Shown: positions 24,626 through 37,726 of the stretch, in pieces
Layout: every line of letters begins with the position of its first letter
Position numbering within the stretch: position 1 is the first letter of the stretch
Origin: Malacoraja senta
Lineage: Eukaryota
NCBI GenBank assembly: GCA_038087875.1
Contig: JAXLNO010000226.1
Span: forward strand, 124,001 to 174,940
Length of the DNA: 50,940 bases
Direction: 5' to 3'
Translations under genes and position numbers: made by a program
Notes under the pieces: model-generated
The model's input: the letters and a program-made list of their open reading frames with translations, nothing else
Databases searched by the model: none
Told to the model about the DNA's origin: nothing

Positions 24626-24896
24626 CAATACACCCCAAGATAATGCAAGAAATCCTCAATACTGCTTAAATCAGTCACAAAATTATGCTCAGGTTTCCAG
24701 AGTACAACTTACAACTCATACATAGACACAGAATGCTGGAGTAACTCAGCGTGCGGGACAGGCAGAACGTAGAACTGTACAGTGTAGGAAGGAACTGCAG
24801 ATGCTGGTTTACACCGTAGACACAAAAAGCTGGAGTAACTCAGGCAGCATCTCTGGAGAGAAGGAATGGGAGATGTTTTGGATCGAGACCCTTCTT

Positions 24897-25920
24897 TAGG
24901 TATGTTAGAAAACTTACTTTCAGCGGCGCTGCAGTTCTGTCACTGGCCGTGTGCGCCTTTGAGAGGGAGGCGGGTTTAAAATGCCGTTTTCTCCAGCCTG
25001 TTGAAATCGATCTTTGTCAGGCTGCTTAGTTGCTGAAGAAAAATCGCTCTGACATCCGTTTTACCAAGTTTTTTAAAAATAGTGCTGGATAATTTAATAG
25101 GAGTAAAATAAAAATCGTCTTCTAAAGCCGTCAACGCCGACCACGGGACGGATCTCACGTACGGGACAAAGCAAGGTACGCCGTTTATTTTTACATATAA
25201 ACTTGCTTCTTAGGATGCCTTTAATCAACATTTCACGTTGCGAAAAGGTGATTTAGGCCCCATACGAACCGACAGTGTTTTTTCCTGCCGATATGGGGTT
25301 TAGATTCACAGCAACGTTCCAATCGATCGCGTTCCACAAAATCTCACTCGCAAGATGATTTAAATGGCCATTAATTTACGGAAATTAAACACTAAATTCC
25401 TTCCATTTGGCCTATAAATTCATGACAATGAGATTTAAAAATCATGTTATATTGTGAATTCTTGTGTGAATGTTATTTGGACACTTAGGCTATTTAAAAA
25501 TGTTAACCTTTTCTTAAAAAATGGATAGATGTTTAGATCTAGTAATTGAATTTTGTAATTAGCTACAATTACGTAACTAACTAATTATATGCTTTAATTT
25601 CAGGTCATCCAAGTAAGATTGTTTCATATTTGTTTCAGAATGCTTCAATCTATAATAACTGAACATTTCATTCAGTTCTCTTAATTTTTAAGAAAGTTAT
25701 GGGCTTTTGACTGTCCTTGATCACAGCTTTTGAGTTAAGTCAATGGAAAAGCAATAGGAAACAAGATGCTAATTTCCGAGTATGAAAATGGCCATAACCT
25801 TTTTAATACTGAAGATATGAAAGTGAATTAGGTGTCAAATTAAACTTCATTTTATGCTTGATCTGATGGGATAAATTGCAGACTTGATTTTTTAAATCTC
25901 AACATTTTGTGACATTGCTA
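24897..25920. mobile_element. 1024-bp non-autonomous DNA transposon, imperfect TIRs, 7-bp TSD
   Basis: TAGGTATGTTAGAAAA vs reverse-complemented end TAGCAATGTCACAAAA (12/16). ccttctt duplicated at 24890-24896 and 25921-25927, splitting the Penelope motif gagacccttcttcagac. Confidence 0.8.
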
Positions 25921-25931
25921 CCTTCTTCAGA

Positions 25932-26760
25932 CAAAGGACACAGGACATTTATTGTCACATACACCATTTCTGGTGTAGTGAAATATGAGTTGCCATTTGC
26001 AGCACACCATTAAAAGTAAGACATCACATTAAAGAAGAATTTAACATAAAACATAAAAACATGCCCCCACAATGGTTCCCACTGTGAAACAAAGTCCAGT
26101 CCTTTTCCTCTTGTTTCCCCGCAGTCGTTGCCTATTTGAGGCCTCTGCAGTCACCGCAACGGTGGCCCGATGTTTCAGGCCCTCTCGCCGGATGATGGAA
26201 TTCCGCCGTCGGGAGAACACTTTTAGCGGCCTGGAGTGTCTGGAACGGCCGCTTGCTGCCAGAGACTGCGGCTCCCGAAGTCCACAGGCTGTGCTGGCCG
26301 GAGCTCCGACACTGGCGATCTCGGCGAGAGATCCCAGGCTCCGCGGTGTTCAAACCCAGCGCCGCCGCAGCTGGACTCTACGCACACTCCGCAGCTCCGC
26401 GATGTTGGAGTCGGCGGTCTCAGCACTCCACTTACCCGGGCAAGGCATCGCCCGCTCCGCGATGGTGCCTCAGCGCTGCGCCGCTGCCGAAGCTGAAGTT
26501 CTGAAAGGTCCCAGCAGGAAACGCCGCTCAAGTCCCGTTAGTAGGCCGCAAGGAAGGGGGCGAAGATACGGCTCGGAGAAAAGCCGTATCTCTGACCAGG
26601 TAGGGACTGAAAAATGCAGTTTCCTCCCCCCCTCCCCGCCCACCATAAAAATGATTAGACCTCCAAAGAACTTGTTAACATACTAAAAAAAAATTTTTTT
26701 TAAGGTTGAAAAGACGGACAGCTGCAGGCTGGGCAGCCATACTCAACGGCACCCCCACTG
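25932..26760 (-). mobile_element. GC-rich non-autonomous retroelement (family D), copy 1
   Basis: Reverse complement aligns end to end with 39638-40473. Confidence 0.8.
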
Positions 26761-26774
26761 GTTAGGGATGAGGG

Positions 26775-27195
26775 AAACAACCGGGAGATCAGGTTGGTTC
26801 AGGCGAAGCGAAGGTGTTCAGGATCGCCCAGTCTACGTTTGGTCTCGCCAATCTCCTGATCTCCCGGTTGCTAAACACTTTAATTCTCCTTCCCATTCCC
26901 ACACAGACCTTTCTGTCCTAGGCCTCCTCCATTGTCAGAGTGAGGCTAAACGCAAATTGGAGGGACAGCATCTCATATTTCGCTTGGGCAGCTTACAGCC
27001 CAGTGGTATGAATATTGATTGATGTAGTGACGTTTCGAGTTGAGGCCCTTCTTCAGACTGAAGAATCTGAAGAGTCCGAAGAAGAGTCTCGACCTGAAAA
27101 GTCAACCATTACTTCTCTCCAGAGATGCTGAGTTACTCCAGCATTTTGTGCCTAACTTCGATTTAAACCAGCATCTGCAGTTCTTTCCTATACAT
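26775..27195. mobile_element. Penelope fragments with 5' inversion
   Basis: PDLPVAKHFNSPSHSHTDLSVLGLLHCQSEAKRKLEGQHLIFRLGSLQPSGMNID plus inverted pLTR pieces. Confidence 0.8.
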
Positions 27196-28401
27196 TTTGA
27201 ACTCATACCTAACTTGTTGACCCCGAGTAAAGACACTGAGTCTCAAGTAGCAGGTATATACACACTTAACAGCCATTTCACATCTTCATATCCAAATAGA
27301 TTTTCTCTTTGGATGCAATAAACAAGGAGGAAATAAATTAGGTTATGGCATCTAGTTCAGTTTAAAAAAGAGAATTAATTAGTAGCTATTATCATTAATT
27401 AATCAAATGCAGCTTTGAACAGGTTGATGAATTATTTATACAAATTCAATAGATTAAGAATTGAAGCAACCTAATGTGGCATATTTTGTTTTGGATGAGC
27501 ATCATATGAAAGAAGCAATATGAATGTAGCTGAAAGATAACAGACCTATTTGAAATACTATGCTTAGAAAAAGGAAAAAAAACTGTTCCTTTCACAATTT
27601 GAAATACAGAACAGAGTCCAGGTCTTTGTGAAAAATAACAAAGTCAACACTCTGTCACTTGAGTCAACACTGGAGTCAAACACTTGAGTCAAAACTCAGT
27701 CTGAAGAAGGGTCTCGACCCGAAACGTCACCTATGCCTTCGCTCCGTAGATGCTGCCTCACCTGCTGAGTTTCTACAGCATTTTTGCCTGTCAACACTTC
27801 AGGTAATTATTTAAAAATTAACAAATATACATTCATGGGGAAATATAGTTACATAAACAAAGTATGTTATAAATCATTTAGAAAGGGCATCCAATGACTT
27901 GGCAGTAAGTTATAAACATAGACAATAGGTGCAGGAGTAGGCCATTCGGCCATTCGACCGAATTCGGCCCATTCGGCCATTCGACCCTTCGGCCCTTCAA
28001 TATGATCATGGTTGATCATCCACAATCAGTACACCGTTCTGGCTTTTTCCCCCATATCCCTCGATCCCCTTAGCCCTAAGAGCTAAATCTAACTCTTTCT
28101 TGAAAACATATGGTAGCAAAACAATCTGGTTTTCACTGGACATTTAGTGGAGTCAAAATTAAAAATTCTAACAAAAGTCACACTCAAGCCAATCACCACC
28201 GATGGGCCAACCTACTTTCCAATTAACAAACCTCAAGGTTTCATTGATATGCTTCTGAATTCAAAAATGTTCGTTCAAAGTACCATAAAGATTGAAAATG
28301 GTACTTGAAACTGAGGTTAAGTGATCGTAATAGAATGTTTTCACAGATCCACCGTTGCCATTTGCTACAATCCTGCTGGGAGACATTTACTCATTATACT
28401 T

Positions 28402-29110
28402 AAGAGTCATAGAGTGATACAGCGTGGAAACAGGCCCTTCAGCCCAACTTGCCCACATCAGCCAATATGTCCCATCTATACTAGAACTACCTGTCCATAT
28501 CCCTCCAAAGCTGTCCTATTCATGTATCTGTCTAAAAGCCCTGTCCCACAGTACGAGTTCATTCCAAGAGCTCTCCCGAGTTTAAAAAAAATCAAATCGT
28601 GGTAAGCACGGAGAATGAACGTAGCGGGTACGTCGGAGCTCGGGGACGTCTCTTAGCGCTAACGGCAGGTACCCGGGAAGACTCGCTAACGGCAGGTAAG
28701 CACGGGAAGACTCGTGAAGATTTTTCAACATGTTGATCAATGTCCACGAGAGCCTCGAGTACCGACGAGTGGCCATTACCGTAAATCTCCGAGGTCGAAT
28801 CAGGGCAAACTCAGGAGAACTTTTGGAATAAACTCGTACCGTGGGACAGGGCTTTTACTGTTTCGTAAACATTGGATTAGTCCCTGCCTCAGCTACCTCC
28901 TCCGGCAGCTTGTTCCCTATATCCACCAACCTTTGTGTGAAAAAGTTACCCCTCAGATTCCTATTAAATCTGTTGCCCTTCATCTTGAACCTATGTCCTC
29001 TGGTCCTCGATTCCCCTACTCTGGGCAAGAGACTCTGTGCATCAACCCGATCTATTCCTCTCATGATTTTATACACCTCTATAAGATCTTCCCTCATCCT
29101 CCTGCGCTCC
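28402..29110 (-). mobile_element. CR1/HER1-type LINE 3' fragment interrupted by a Harbinger MITE
   Basis: ORF 28855-29112 and a tail resembling the SINE 3' ends (ggaaacaggcccttc.gccca). Confidence 0.85.
28536..28854. mobile_element. PIF/Harbinger-type MITE
   Basis: TIRs of about 48 bp, AAGCCCTGTCCCACAGTACGAGTT... and ...AACTCGTACCGTGGGACAGGGCTT, flanked by TAA and TTA. Confidence 0.85.
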
Positions 29111-29587
29111 AAGTACTTGTATCAGTTGAACGTTATTGCACCTGGGGCTGGGATGAATGAATACCAACAATCACAACCACCTTGCTTTTGTTTACGCCTG
29201 ACATCTTTTAAGCATAGTTTTTCTCAATTTTGTCAACAGATAATGTTGGTGGTAACTCTCTAATGCTGTTAAACCAGATGTAGAAACAAGGAACTGCAAA
29301 TACTGGTTTACACAAAAGGACGCAAAGTGCTGGAGCAACTCAGCGCGTCAGGCAACATCTTAGTTTAGTTTAGAAACACAGCGCGGAAACAGGCCCTTTG
29401 GCCCACTGAGTCCGCACGAACCAGCAATCCCAGCACTATCCGACACACACTAGGGACAATTTACATTTATACCAAATCAATTAACCTACAAACATGTATG
29501 ACTTTGGAGTTTGGGAGGAAACCGAAGATCTCGGAGAAAACCCACGTCGGTGCAACTTGGGTGGGTGAGGGATAGAGAGGGAATAAA

Positions 29588-30525
29588 TAGATACATAGAC
29601 AACAGGTGCAGGATTGGCCATTTGGCCCTTCGAGCCAGCACCGCCATTCACTGTGATCATGGCTGATCATCCACAATCAGTAAGTACCCTGTTCCTCCCT
29701 TCTATTCTATCTAATTCTCTTTTGAATGCATCCAGTGAACCGGCCTCCACCGCCCTCTGAGGCAGAGAATTCCACAGATTCACAACTCTCTGTGTGAAAA
29801 AGTGTTTCCTCGTCTCCGTTCTAAATGGCTTACCCCTTATTCTTAAACTGTGGCCCCTGGTTCTGGACTCCCCCAACGTTGGGAACATGATATTTGCATC
29901 TCGCGTGTCCAATCCCTTAATAATTGTATGTTTCTATAAGATTCCCTCTCATCCTTCTAAATTCCAGTGAATACAAGCCCAGTCTCTCCACTCTCTCAGC
30001 ATATGACATTCCCACCATCCCGGGAAATAACATAGAAACATAGAAAATAGGTGCAGGAGTAGGCCATTTGGCCCTTGGAGCCTGCACCGCCATTCAATAT
30101 GATCATGGATGATCATCCAACTCAGTATCCCGTACCTGCCTTCTCTCCATACCCCCTGATCCCTTTAGCCACAAGGGCCACATCTAACTCCCTCTTAAAT
30201 ATAGCCAATGAACTGGCCTCAACTACCTTCTGTGGCAGAGAATTCCACAGATTCACCAATCTCTGTGTGAAAAATGTTTTTCTCATCTCGGTCCTAAAAG
30301 ACTTCCCCCTTATCCTTAAACTGTGACCCTTTGTTCTGGACTTTCCCAACATCGGGAACAATCTTCCTGCATCTAGCCTTTCCAACCCCTTAAGAATTTT
30401 GTAAGTTTCTATAAGATCCCCCTCAATCTTCTAAATTCTAGCGAGTACAAGCCGAGTCTATCCAGTCTTTCTGGTGAACCTACACTGCACTCCCACAATA
30501 GCAAGAATGTCCTTCCTCAAATTAG
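29588..30525 (-). mobile_element. Two adjacent 5'-truncated CR1 copies
   Basis: ORFs 29667-29912 and 30122-30385, each with its own tail. Confidence 0.88.
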
Positions 30526-30539
30526 TTACTTGAAGTTAG

Positions 30540-31090
30540 AGAACCTACCTGATCTCCCGGTTGCTAAAAACTTTAATTCACACTGACCTTTCTGTCCTAG
30601 GTCTCCTCCATTGTCAGTGAGGCTCCACGCAAATTGGAGGAACAGCATCTCATATTTCGCTTGGGCAGCTTACAGCTCAGTGGTATGAATATTGATTTCT
30701 CTCATTTCAAGTAACCCTGGCATTCTGAACCCCGGTGTCTGAAGAAGGGACTCGACCCGAAACGTCACCCATTCCTTCTGTCCAGAGATGTTACTCCAGC
30801 TTTTTGTGTCTAACCCTGGCATTCCCTCTCTCTCTATCCCTCCCCCACCCGTCCCACTAGCTTCTCGTTCTCACCCAACAAACAGCTAACAATGCCCTGT
30901 TTCCTTTATCATCATTACTTTTTTGCATATCTTTCATTAATTGTTCTTTATTTCTCCACATCACCGTCTATATCTCTCGTTTCCCAACCAGTCTGAAGAA
31001 GGGTCCCGACCTGAAACCTCACCCATTCCTTCTCTCCAGAGGTGCTGCCTGTCCCGCTGAGTTACTCCAGCTTTTTGTGTCCATCTTTGG
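30540..31090 (+). mobile_element. Penelope 3' fragment with nested pLTR
   Basis: Same GIY-YIG C-terminal and pLTR sequence as 35260-35760. Confidence 0.78.
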
Positions 31091-31444
31091 TTACAGGACT
31101 AGTTCAGTTCAGAGATACAGCGTGGAAACAGGCGCTTCAGCCCACCGAGTCAGAGGGTGGTGAATCTGTGGAATTCATTGCCACAGACGTCTGTGGAGAC
31201 CAATGGATATTTTTAAGGCAGAGATAGATAGATTCTTGATCAGTACGGGTGTCAAGGGTTATGGGGAGAAGGCAGGAGAATGGGGTTAGGAGGGAGAGAG
31301 ATAGATAAGCCATGATTGAATGGCGGAGTAGACTTAATAGGTCACATGGCCTAATTCAAGTCAAGAGTCAAGAGAGTTTTATTGTCATGTGTCCCAGATA
31401 GGACAATGAAATTCTGCTCCGATCACATCAACATGAACAATCAA

Positions 31445-31810
31445 GTCACTTTTATATCTATAGCACATTTAAAAAACAACTCTCATTGACCAAAGTGCTT
31501 TACATTGGTGGAGGTACTAACGTTATTCAACAGTGGTTCATAGATTAAGTACATACATAAATACATACATATAGCCCTCCCTCAGAGGACGTCGAATGGC
31601 TTGAGAGTAAAGATGAGTTTTAAGTCTCGACTTAAAAGAGTCGATGGAGGGGGCAGTTCTGATGGGAAGAGGGATGCTGTTCCACAGTCTAGGAGCTGCA
31701 ACCGCAAAGGCGCGGTCGCCCCTGAGCTTATGCCTGGACCACGGGATGTTCAGTAACCCCAAGTCGGCCGATCTGAGGGACCTGGAGGTGGTGTGGTGGG
31801 TAAGTAAACA
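31445..31810 (-). mobile_element. L2-type LINE 3' fragment
   Basis: RSLRSADLGLLNIP...GDRAFAVAAPRLWNSIPLPIRTAPSIDSFKSRLKTHLY, the typical L2 ORF2 C-terminus. Confidence 0.85.
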
Positions 31811-32168
31811 ATGAATCAAGAGGAAAGACAGACAGTATACAACAGTACAAATAGGAAACTGGTAGGTGATAGGTGAAACATGGAGCGGCAGTGGAGCAAG
31901 CCGACGGCATTGTGCTGGGCCAGGCCGAACCCGACTTCACTGATCCTGTGCCACCAGGGCACCCGGCGCCATCTATCTCTGCCCTAAAAATATCCAATGG
32001 TCTCCACAGCCGTCTGTGGCAATGAATTCCACAGATTTCACCACCCTCTGACTCGGTGGGCTGAAGGGCATGGTGCTGACCCAGGCCGAAGCCTACTTCA
32101 CTGATCCAGTGCTTCCAGGACACCCGGCCTTAATGGGAGAAAATAAGAAATTGCAGATCTCCCAGGGC

Positions 32169-32535
32169 CAATAGACAATAGACAATAGGTGCAGGAGTAG
32201 GCCATTTGGCCCTTCGAGCCAGCACTGCCATTCAATGTGATCATGGCTGATCATCCCCAATCAGTTCCCCGTTCCTGCCTTCTCCCCATATCCCCTGACT
32301 CTGCTATTTTTAAGACCCCTATCTAGATCTCTCTTGAAAGCATCCAGAGAACCTGCCTCTACTGCCCTCTGAGGCAGAGAATTCCACAGACTCACCACTC
32401 TCTGTGAGAAAAAGTGTTTCCTCGTCTCCGTTCTAAATGGCTTACTCCTTATTCTTAAACTGTGGCCCCTGATTCTGGACTCCCCCAACATCGGGAACTT
32501 GTTTCCTGCCTCAAGTGTATCCAAGCCCTTAACAA
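32169..32535 (-). mobile_element. CR1 3' fragment
   Basis: ORF 32261-32578 and tail. Confidence 0.88.
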
Positions 32536-32720
32536 TCCAAGCCAAGACCAGACTTTTCAGAGAGGAGGCAGTTTGCAAGATGGCGTGGGAATGTGGCGAC
32601 TATCTGAGTGCTGTTCCAGAAGAGGATCTATGGTACTGATGTATAATACGATTTGATGTTTAGCATGCAGGACAAGCCTATCGCTGTGTCTTTGTACACG
32701 TGACAATAAATAAACCAGTG

Positions 32721-32962
32721 GTGGACAAAATTTGCTGGAGAAACTCAGCGGGTGAGTCAGCATCAATGGAGCGAAGGAATAGGTGACGTTTCGGGTCAAG
32801 ACCCTTCACCCACCCCCACATCAGTCTGAAGAAGGGTCGCGACCCGCCCCCCCCACCCCACCCCCAATCTTTCGCTCCATAGATGCTGCCTCAGCCGCTG
32901 AGTTTCTACAGCATTTTTGTCTACCTTCGATTTTTCCAGTATCTGCAGTTCTTTGTTAAACA
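32721..32962. mobile_element. Palindromic Penelope pLTR insertion, 14-bp TSD
   Basis: taaataaaccagtg at 32707-32720 and 32963-32976. Confidence 0.8.
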
Positions 32963-33779
32963 TAAATAAACCAGTGAATCATTGAACCTGTTGGGAGAGG
33001 CAAAAGGTGAACAAAAGAGAGGAGGGAACCAGTTGTGTAGGAAGGGACTGCAGATGATCGTTTAAACTGAAGATAGACACAAAAAGACAGGTGAGCATTT
33101 ATGGAAGAGGAACATCGAAGGTGTGCGTTCCTTGAAATTGGAAACATTCCATATTCATACCATTGACAATAGACAATAGGCGCAGGAGTAGGCCATTCGG
33201 CCCTTCGAGCCAGCACCGCCATTCAATGTGATCATGGCTGATCATCCCCAATCAGTACCCCGTTCCTGCCTTCTCCCCATATCCCCTGACTCCGCTATCG
33301 TTAAGAGCCCTCTGTGTCAGTGGAATTCTCTGCCTCAGAGGGCGGTGGAGGCGGGTTCACTGGATGCTTTCAAGAGAGAGCTAGATATGGAGAATGCTGA
33401 GAACGGCTGCCAGCATCTGTCTCCACAACGCCTAGCTTTCTCTTTACTCGCGGTGTTGATGCCAGGACAGTATCTCCTCACTCACAGTCCCAACGCGGGG
33501 CGTCAACCCGAAATGGCAACGACCCATCCCTTTGACTCCACAGATATGGCTCAACCTGTTCTTCCGGCAGTTTACGTTTGACCTCACCCCCCCTGCAGTC
33601 TCTTGTTTACCTGCTTCATCAACGATCACCTTTCCATCATAAGGTGTGACAAGGGACGACGAAAACAGAAAACTCTCAACGTACTCGTCAGATCAGACAC
33701 CATTTGTCAAGACAGAAACAGAGTTAATAATAGGTTAAACAACAAAGTGCTGGAGGAACCCAGCGAGTCAGGCAGCATC

Positions 33780-34755
33780 TCATAGAGTCACAGAGTGATA
33801 CAGTGTGGAAACAGGTCCTTCGGCCCAACTCACCCACACCGGCCAACAACGTCCCAGCTACACTAGTCCCACTTGCGTGCGCTTGGTCCATATCCCTCCA
33901 AACCTGTCCTATCCATGTACCTGTCTAACTGTTTCTTAAACTCTGGGATAGTCCCAGCCTCAACTACCTCCTCTGACAGCTTGTTCCAACTACCTCCTCT
34001 GACACCCACCACCCTATGTGTGAAAAAGTTACCCCTCGGATTCCTATTAAATCTTTTCCCCTTCACCTTAAACCTATGTCCTCTGGTCCTCGATTCCCAA
34101 CTCTGGGCAAGTCTGTGCATCTACCCAATCTATTCCTCTCATGATTTTGTACACTTCTATAAGATCACCCCTCATCCTCCTGCACTCCATGGAATAGAGA
34201 CCCAGCCTACTCAACCTCTCCCTGTAGCTCACACCCTCTAGTCCTGGCAACATCCTCGTAAATCTTCTCTGAACCCTTTCAAGCTTGACAATATCTTTCC
34301 CATAACATGGTGCCCAGAACTGAACACAATATTCTAAATGCGGTATCACCAACGTCTTATACAACTGCAATATGACCTCCCAACTTCTATACTCAATACT
34401 CTGACTGATGAAGGCCAAAGTGCCAAAAGCCTTTTTGACCACCTTATCTACCTGCGACTCCACCTTCAAGGAACCATGCACCTGTACTCCTAGATCCCTC
34501 TGCTCTACAACACTACCATGATGCCTAGCATTTACTTGTAGGTCCTGCCCTTGGTCGACGTCCCAAAATGCAACACCTCACACTTCTCTGTATTAAATTC
34601 CATCAACCATTCCTCTGCCCACCTGGCCAATCGATCCAGATCCTGCTGCAATCTTTCACAACCATCTTCACTATCTGCAAAATCACTCACTTTTGTATCA
34701 TCAGCAAACTTGCTAATCTTGCCCTGTATGTTCCCATCCAAATCATTGATGTAAT
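33780..34755 (-). mobile_element. CR1/HER1-type LINE, 5'-truncated
   Basis: ISKFADDTKV, QVDKVVKKAFGTLAFI, PHLEYCVQFW, RTRGHRFK. Confidence 0.92.
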
Positions 34756-35144
34756 CAATGTGGGAGGAATGGAAGACAATATTTCAGGTCGAGACCCTTC
34801 CTCCGAGCTGTAGATCCCGATCCAAACTGTCCATTCCCTCCAGGAACGCTGCCTGACCTGCTGAGTTCCTCCAGCATAGAAACATGGAAAATAGGTGCAG
34901 GGGTGGGCCATTCGGCCCTACGAGCCAGCACCGCCATTCAATATGATCATCCAAAATCGGTACCTTGTTCCTGCTTTTTCCCCATATCCCTTGAGCGAAA
35001 TCTAACACTCTCTTGAAAACATCCAGTGAATTGGCCTCCACTGCCTTCAGTGGCGGAGAATTGTAGATTCACAACTCTCTGGGTGAAAACGTTTTTCCTC
35101 ACCTCAGTCCTAAACGGCCTACCCCTTTAATCTTACACTGTGTC

Positions 35145-35760
35145 CAGCAACCGGGAGATCAGGTAGGTTCAGGCGGGCTGAGCAAAGGTGTTCTGTGAAA
35201 CGATCGCCCAGTCTTCGCTCAGCCCGCCTGAACAAGATACAAGATACATTTTCAGATCTACAGAACCTACCTGATCTCCCGGTTGCTGGACACTTTAATT
35301 CTCCTTCCCATTCCCACACAGACCTTTCTGTCCTCGGTCTCCTCCATTGTCAGTGTGAGGCGAAATGCAAATTGGAGGAACAGCATCTCATATTTCGCTT
35401 GGGCAGCTTACAGCCCAGTGGTTTGAATATTGATTTCTCTCACTTCAGGTAACCCCAGCATTCCTTCTCTCTCTATCCCTCCCCCACCCAAGTCGCACCA
35501 GCTTCTCATTTTCACCTTACAAATAGCTAACAGCCTGTTTCCTTTACCATCGTTACTTTTTTGCATATCTTTCATTCATTGTTCTTTATCTCTCCACATC
35601 ACCGTCTATATCTCTTGTTTCCCTTTCTCCTGACCAGTCTGAAGAAGGGTCTCGACCCGAAACGTCACCCAATTCTTCTCTCCGGAGGTGCTGCCTGCTT
35701 ACTGAGTTACTCCAGCTTTTTGTGTCTATCTTCGGTTTAAACCAGCATCCGCAGTTCCTG
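35145..35760 (+). mobile_element. Penelope 3' fragment with inverted 5' piece and hammerhead-like motif
   Basis: ORFs 35119-35319 (-) and 35195-35452 (+) with GIY-YIG C-terminus. Motif at 35639-35666. Confidence 0.82.
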
Positions 35761-35762
35761 TT

Positions 35763-36990
35763 ACACCATTCAGATAATAATCTACCTTCCTGTTCTTGCC
35801 ACCAAAGTGGATAACCTCACATTTATTCACATTAAACTGCATCTGCCCACTCACCCAACCTATCCAAGTCACCATGCAGCCTCATAGCATCCTCCTCGCA
35901 GCTCACACTGCCACCCAGCTTTGCGCCATCCGCAAACTTCGAGTTGTTACATTTAATTCCCTCATCTAAATCGTTAATATATATTGTAAACAACTGGGGT
36001 CCCAGCAACGAGCCTTGCGGCACTCCACTAGTCACTGCCTGCCATTCTGAAAAGGACCCATTCACTCCTACTCTTTGCTTCCTTTCTGCCAACCAGTTCT
36101 CTATCCACGTCAATACCCTACCCCCAATACCATGTGCTCTAATTTTGCACACTAGTCTCGTGTGGGACCTTGTCAATGTCTAGATACACCACATCCACTG
36201 GCTCTCCCTTATCCATTCAACTTGTTACATCCTCAAAAAATTCCAACAGATTAGTCAAGCATGATTTCCTGTTCATAGATCCATGCTGGCTTTGACCGAT
36301 CCCGTCACTGCTTTCCAAATGCGCTGCTATAACATCTTTAATAATCGACAAGCATCTTCCCCACTACGGATGTAAGGCTAACTGGTCTATAATTCCCCGT
36401 TTTCTCCCTCCTTTCAGAAAAAGTGGAGTTACATTGGCTACCCTCCAGTCCACAGGAACTGATCCAGAGTCGAGAGAACATTGGAGAATAATCACCAATG
36501 CATCCACGATTTCTAGGGCCACCTCCTTCAGTACTCTGGGATGCAGACCATCAGGCCCTGGGGATTTATCTGCCTTCAGTTCAGTTTACCTAAAACCATT
36601 TCCTGACTTCATTTCCTCCCTCCCACTAGATCCTCAGTCCCCTAGTATTTTTTGGGTCTTCCTTAGTGAAGACAGAACCAAAGTACTCGGTTAACTGTTC
36701 TGCCACTTCCATGTTTTCCATTATCAATCCACCTGTCAGACTGTAAGGGACATTTGTCTTCACTAATATTTTCCTCTTCACATATCTAAAGAAGCTTGTA
36801 CAGTCAGTTTTTATATTCCCCGCAAGTTTTCTTTCATGCTCTCCCCCCACCCCCTTAATTAACCCCTTTGTCCTCCTCTGTTGAGTTCTAAATGTCTCCC
36901 AGTCCCCCCGTTTGCTGCTTCCTCTGGCCCATTGATATGCCTCTTCCTTGGCTTTAACACTATCCTTAATTTCTCTCGTGAGCCACTGTT
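35763..36990 (-). mobile_element. CR1 ORF2 internal fragment, degraded
   Basis: SGVPQGSLLGPQLF, KFADG, KLAGNIKTDC. Confidence 0.9.
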
Positions 36991-37084
36991 TTTTTCCCAG
37001 CATCTGCACTTCCTTGCATCATCAAAATAAGTTATTTTTTATTAAATTCAATAATTTTATGAAATTAAATAATTTCCGTCCGCA

Positions 37085-37455
37085 TTAACCAACCTGATCT
37101 CCCGGTGGCCCAGCACTCCAACTCCACCTCCCATTCCGAATCCTGGGCCTCCTCCATGGCCAGAGTGAGTCCCAACGCAAATTGGAGGAGCAACACCTCA
37201 TATTTCGCTTGGATAGTTTACACCCCAGCGGTATGAATATTGACTTCTCCAATTTCAGGTAGTCCTTGCTTTCTCCCTCCTTCCCCTCCCCTTCCCAGCT
37301 CTCCCACAGCCCACGGTCTCCCCCTCTTCCTTTCTTCTTCCCCCCCCCCCACCCCCACATCAGTCTGAAGAAGGGTCTCGACCCGAAACGTCACCTATTC
37401 CTTCGCTCCATAGATGCTGTCTCACCTGCTGAGTTTCCCCAGCATTTTTGACTAC
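37085..37455 (+). mobile_element. Penelope 3' fragment
   Basis: Homologous to the reverse complement of 7618-8085. Hammerhead-like core at 37365-37392. Confidence 0.8.
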
Positions 37456-37726
37456 CTCTAAAAATAAGTTCGCTCTGTTTCTCTGACCACAGACTTGTAG
37501 ATTCCTTCCAGTATTTTCTGTTATTTATTTCCGATTCTATCCTGCAGGCTTCTCTGTAAAATCTGCTGTCAATATTATACCAGCACCGCCTCTTATTCAA
37601 ACATCCACCCTGTTTGGGTGGATGTTTGAGGGTTTGGACACACTAGAGGCAGGAAACATGTTCCAGATGTTGGGGGAGTCCTGAACCAGGGGCCACAGTT
37701 TAAGAATAAGGGGTAAGAATAAGGGG

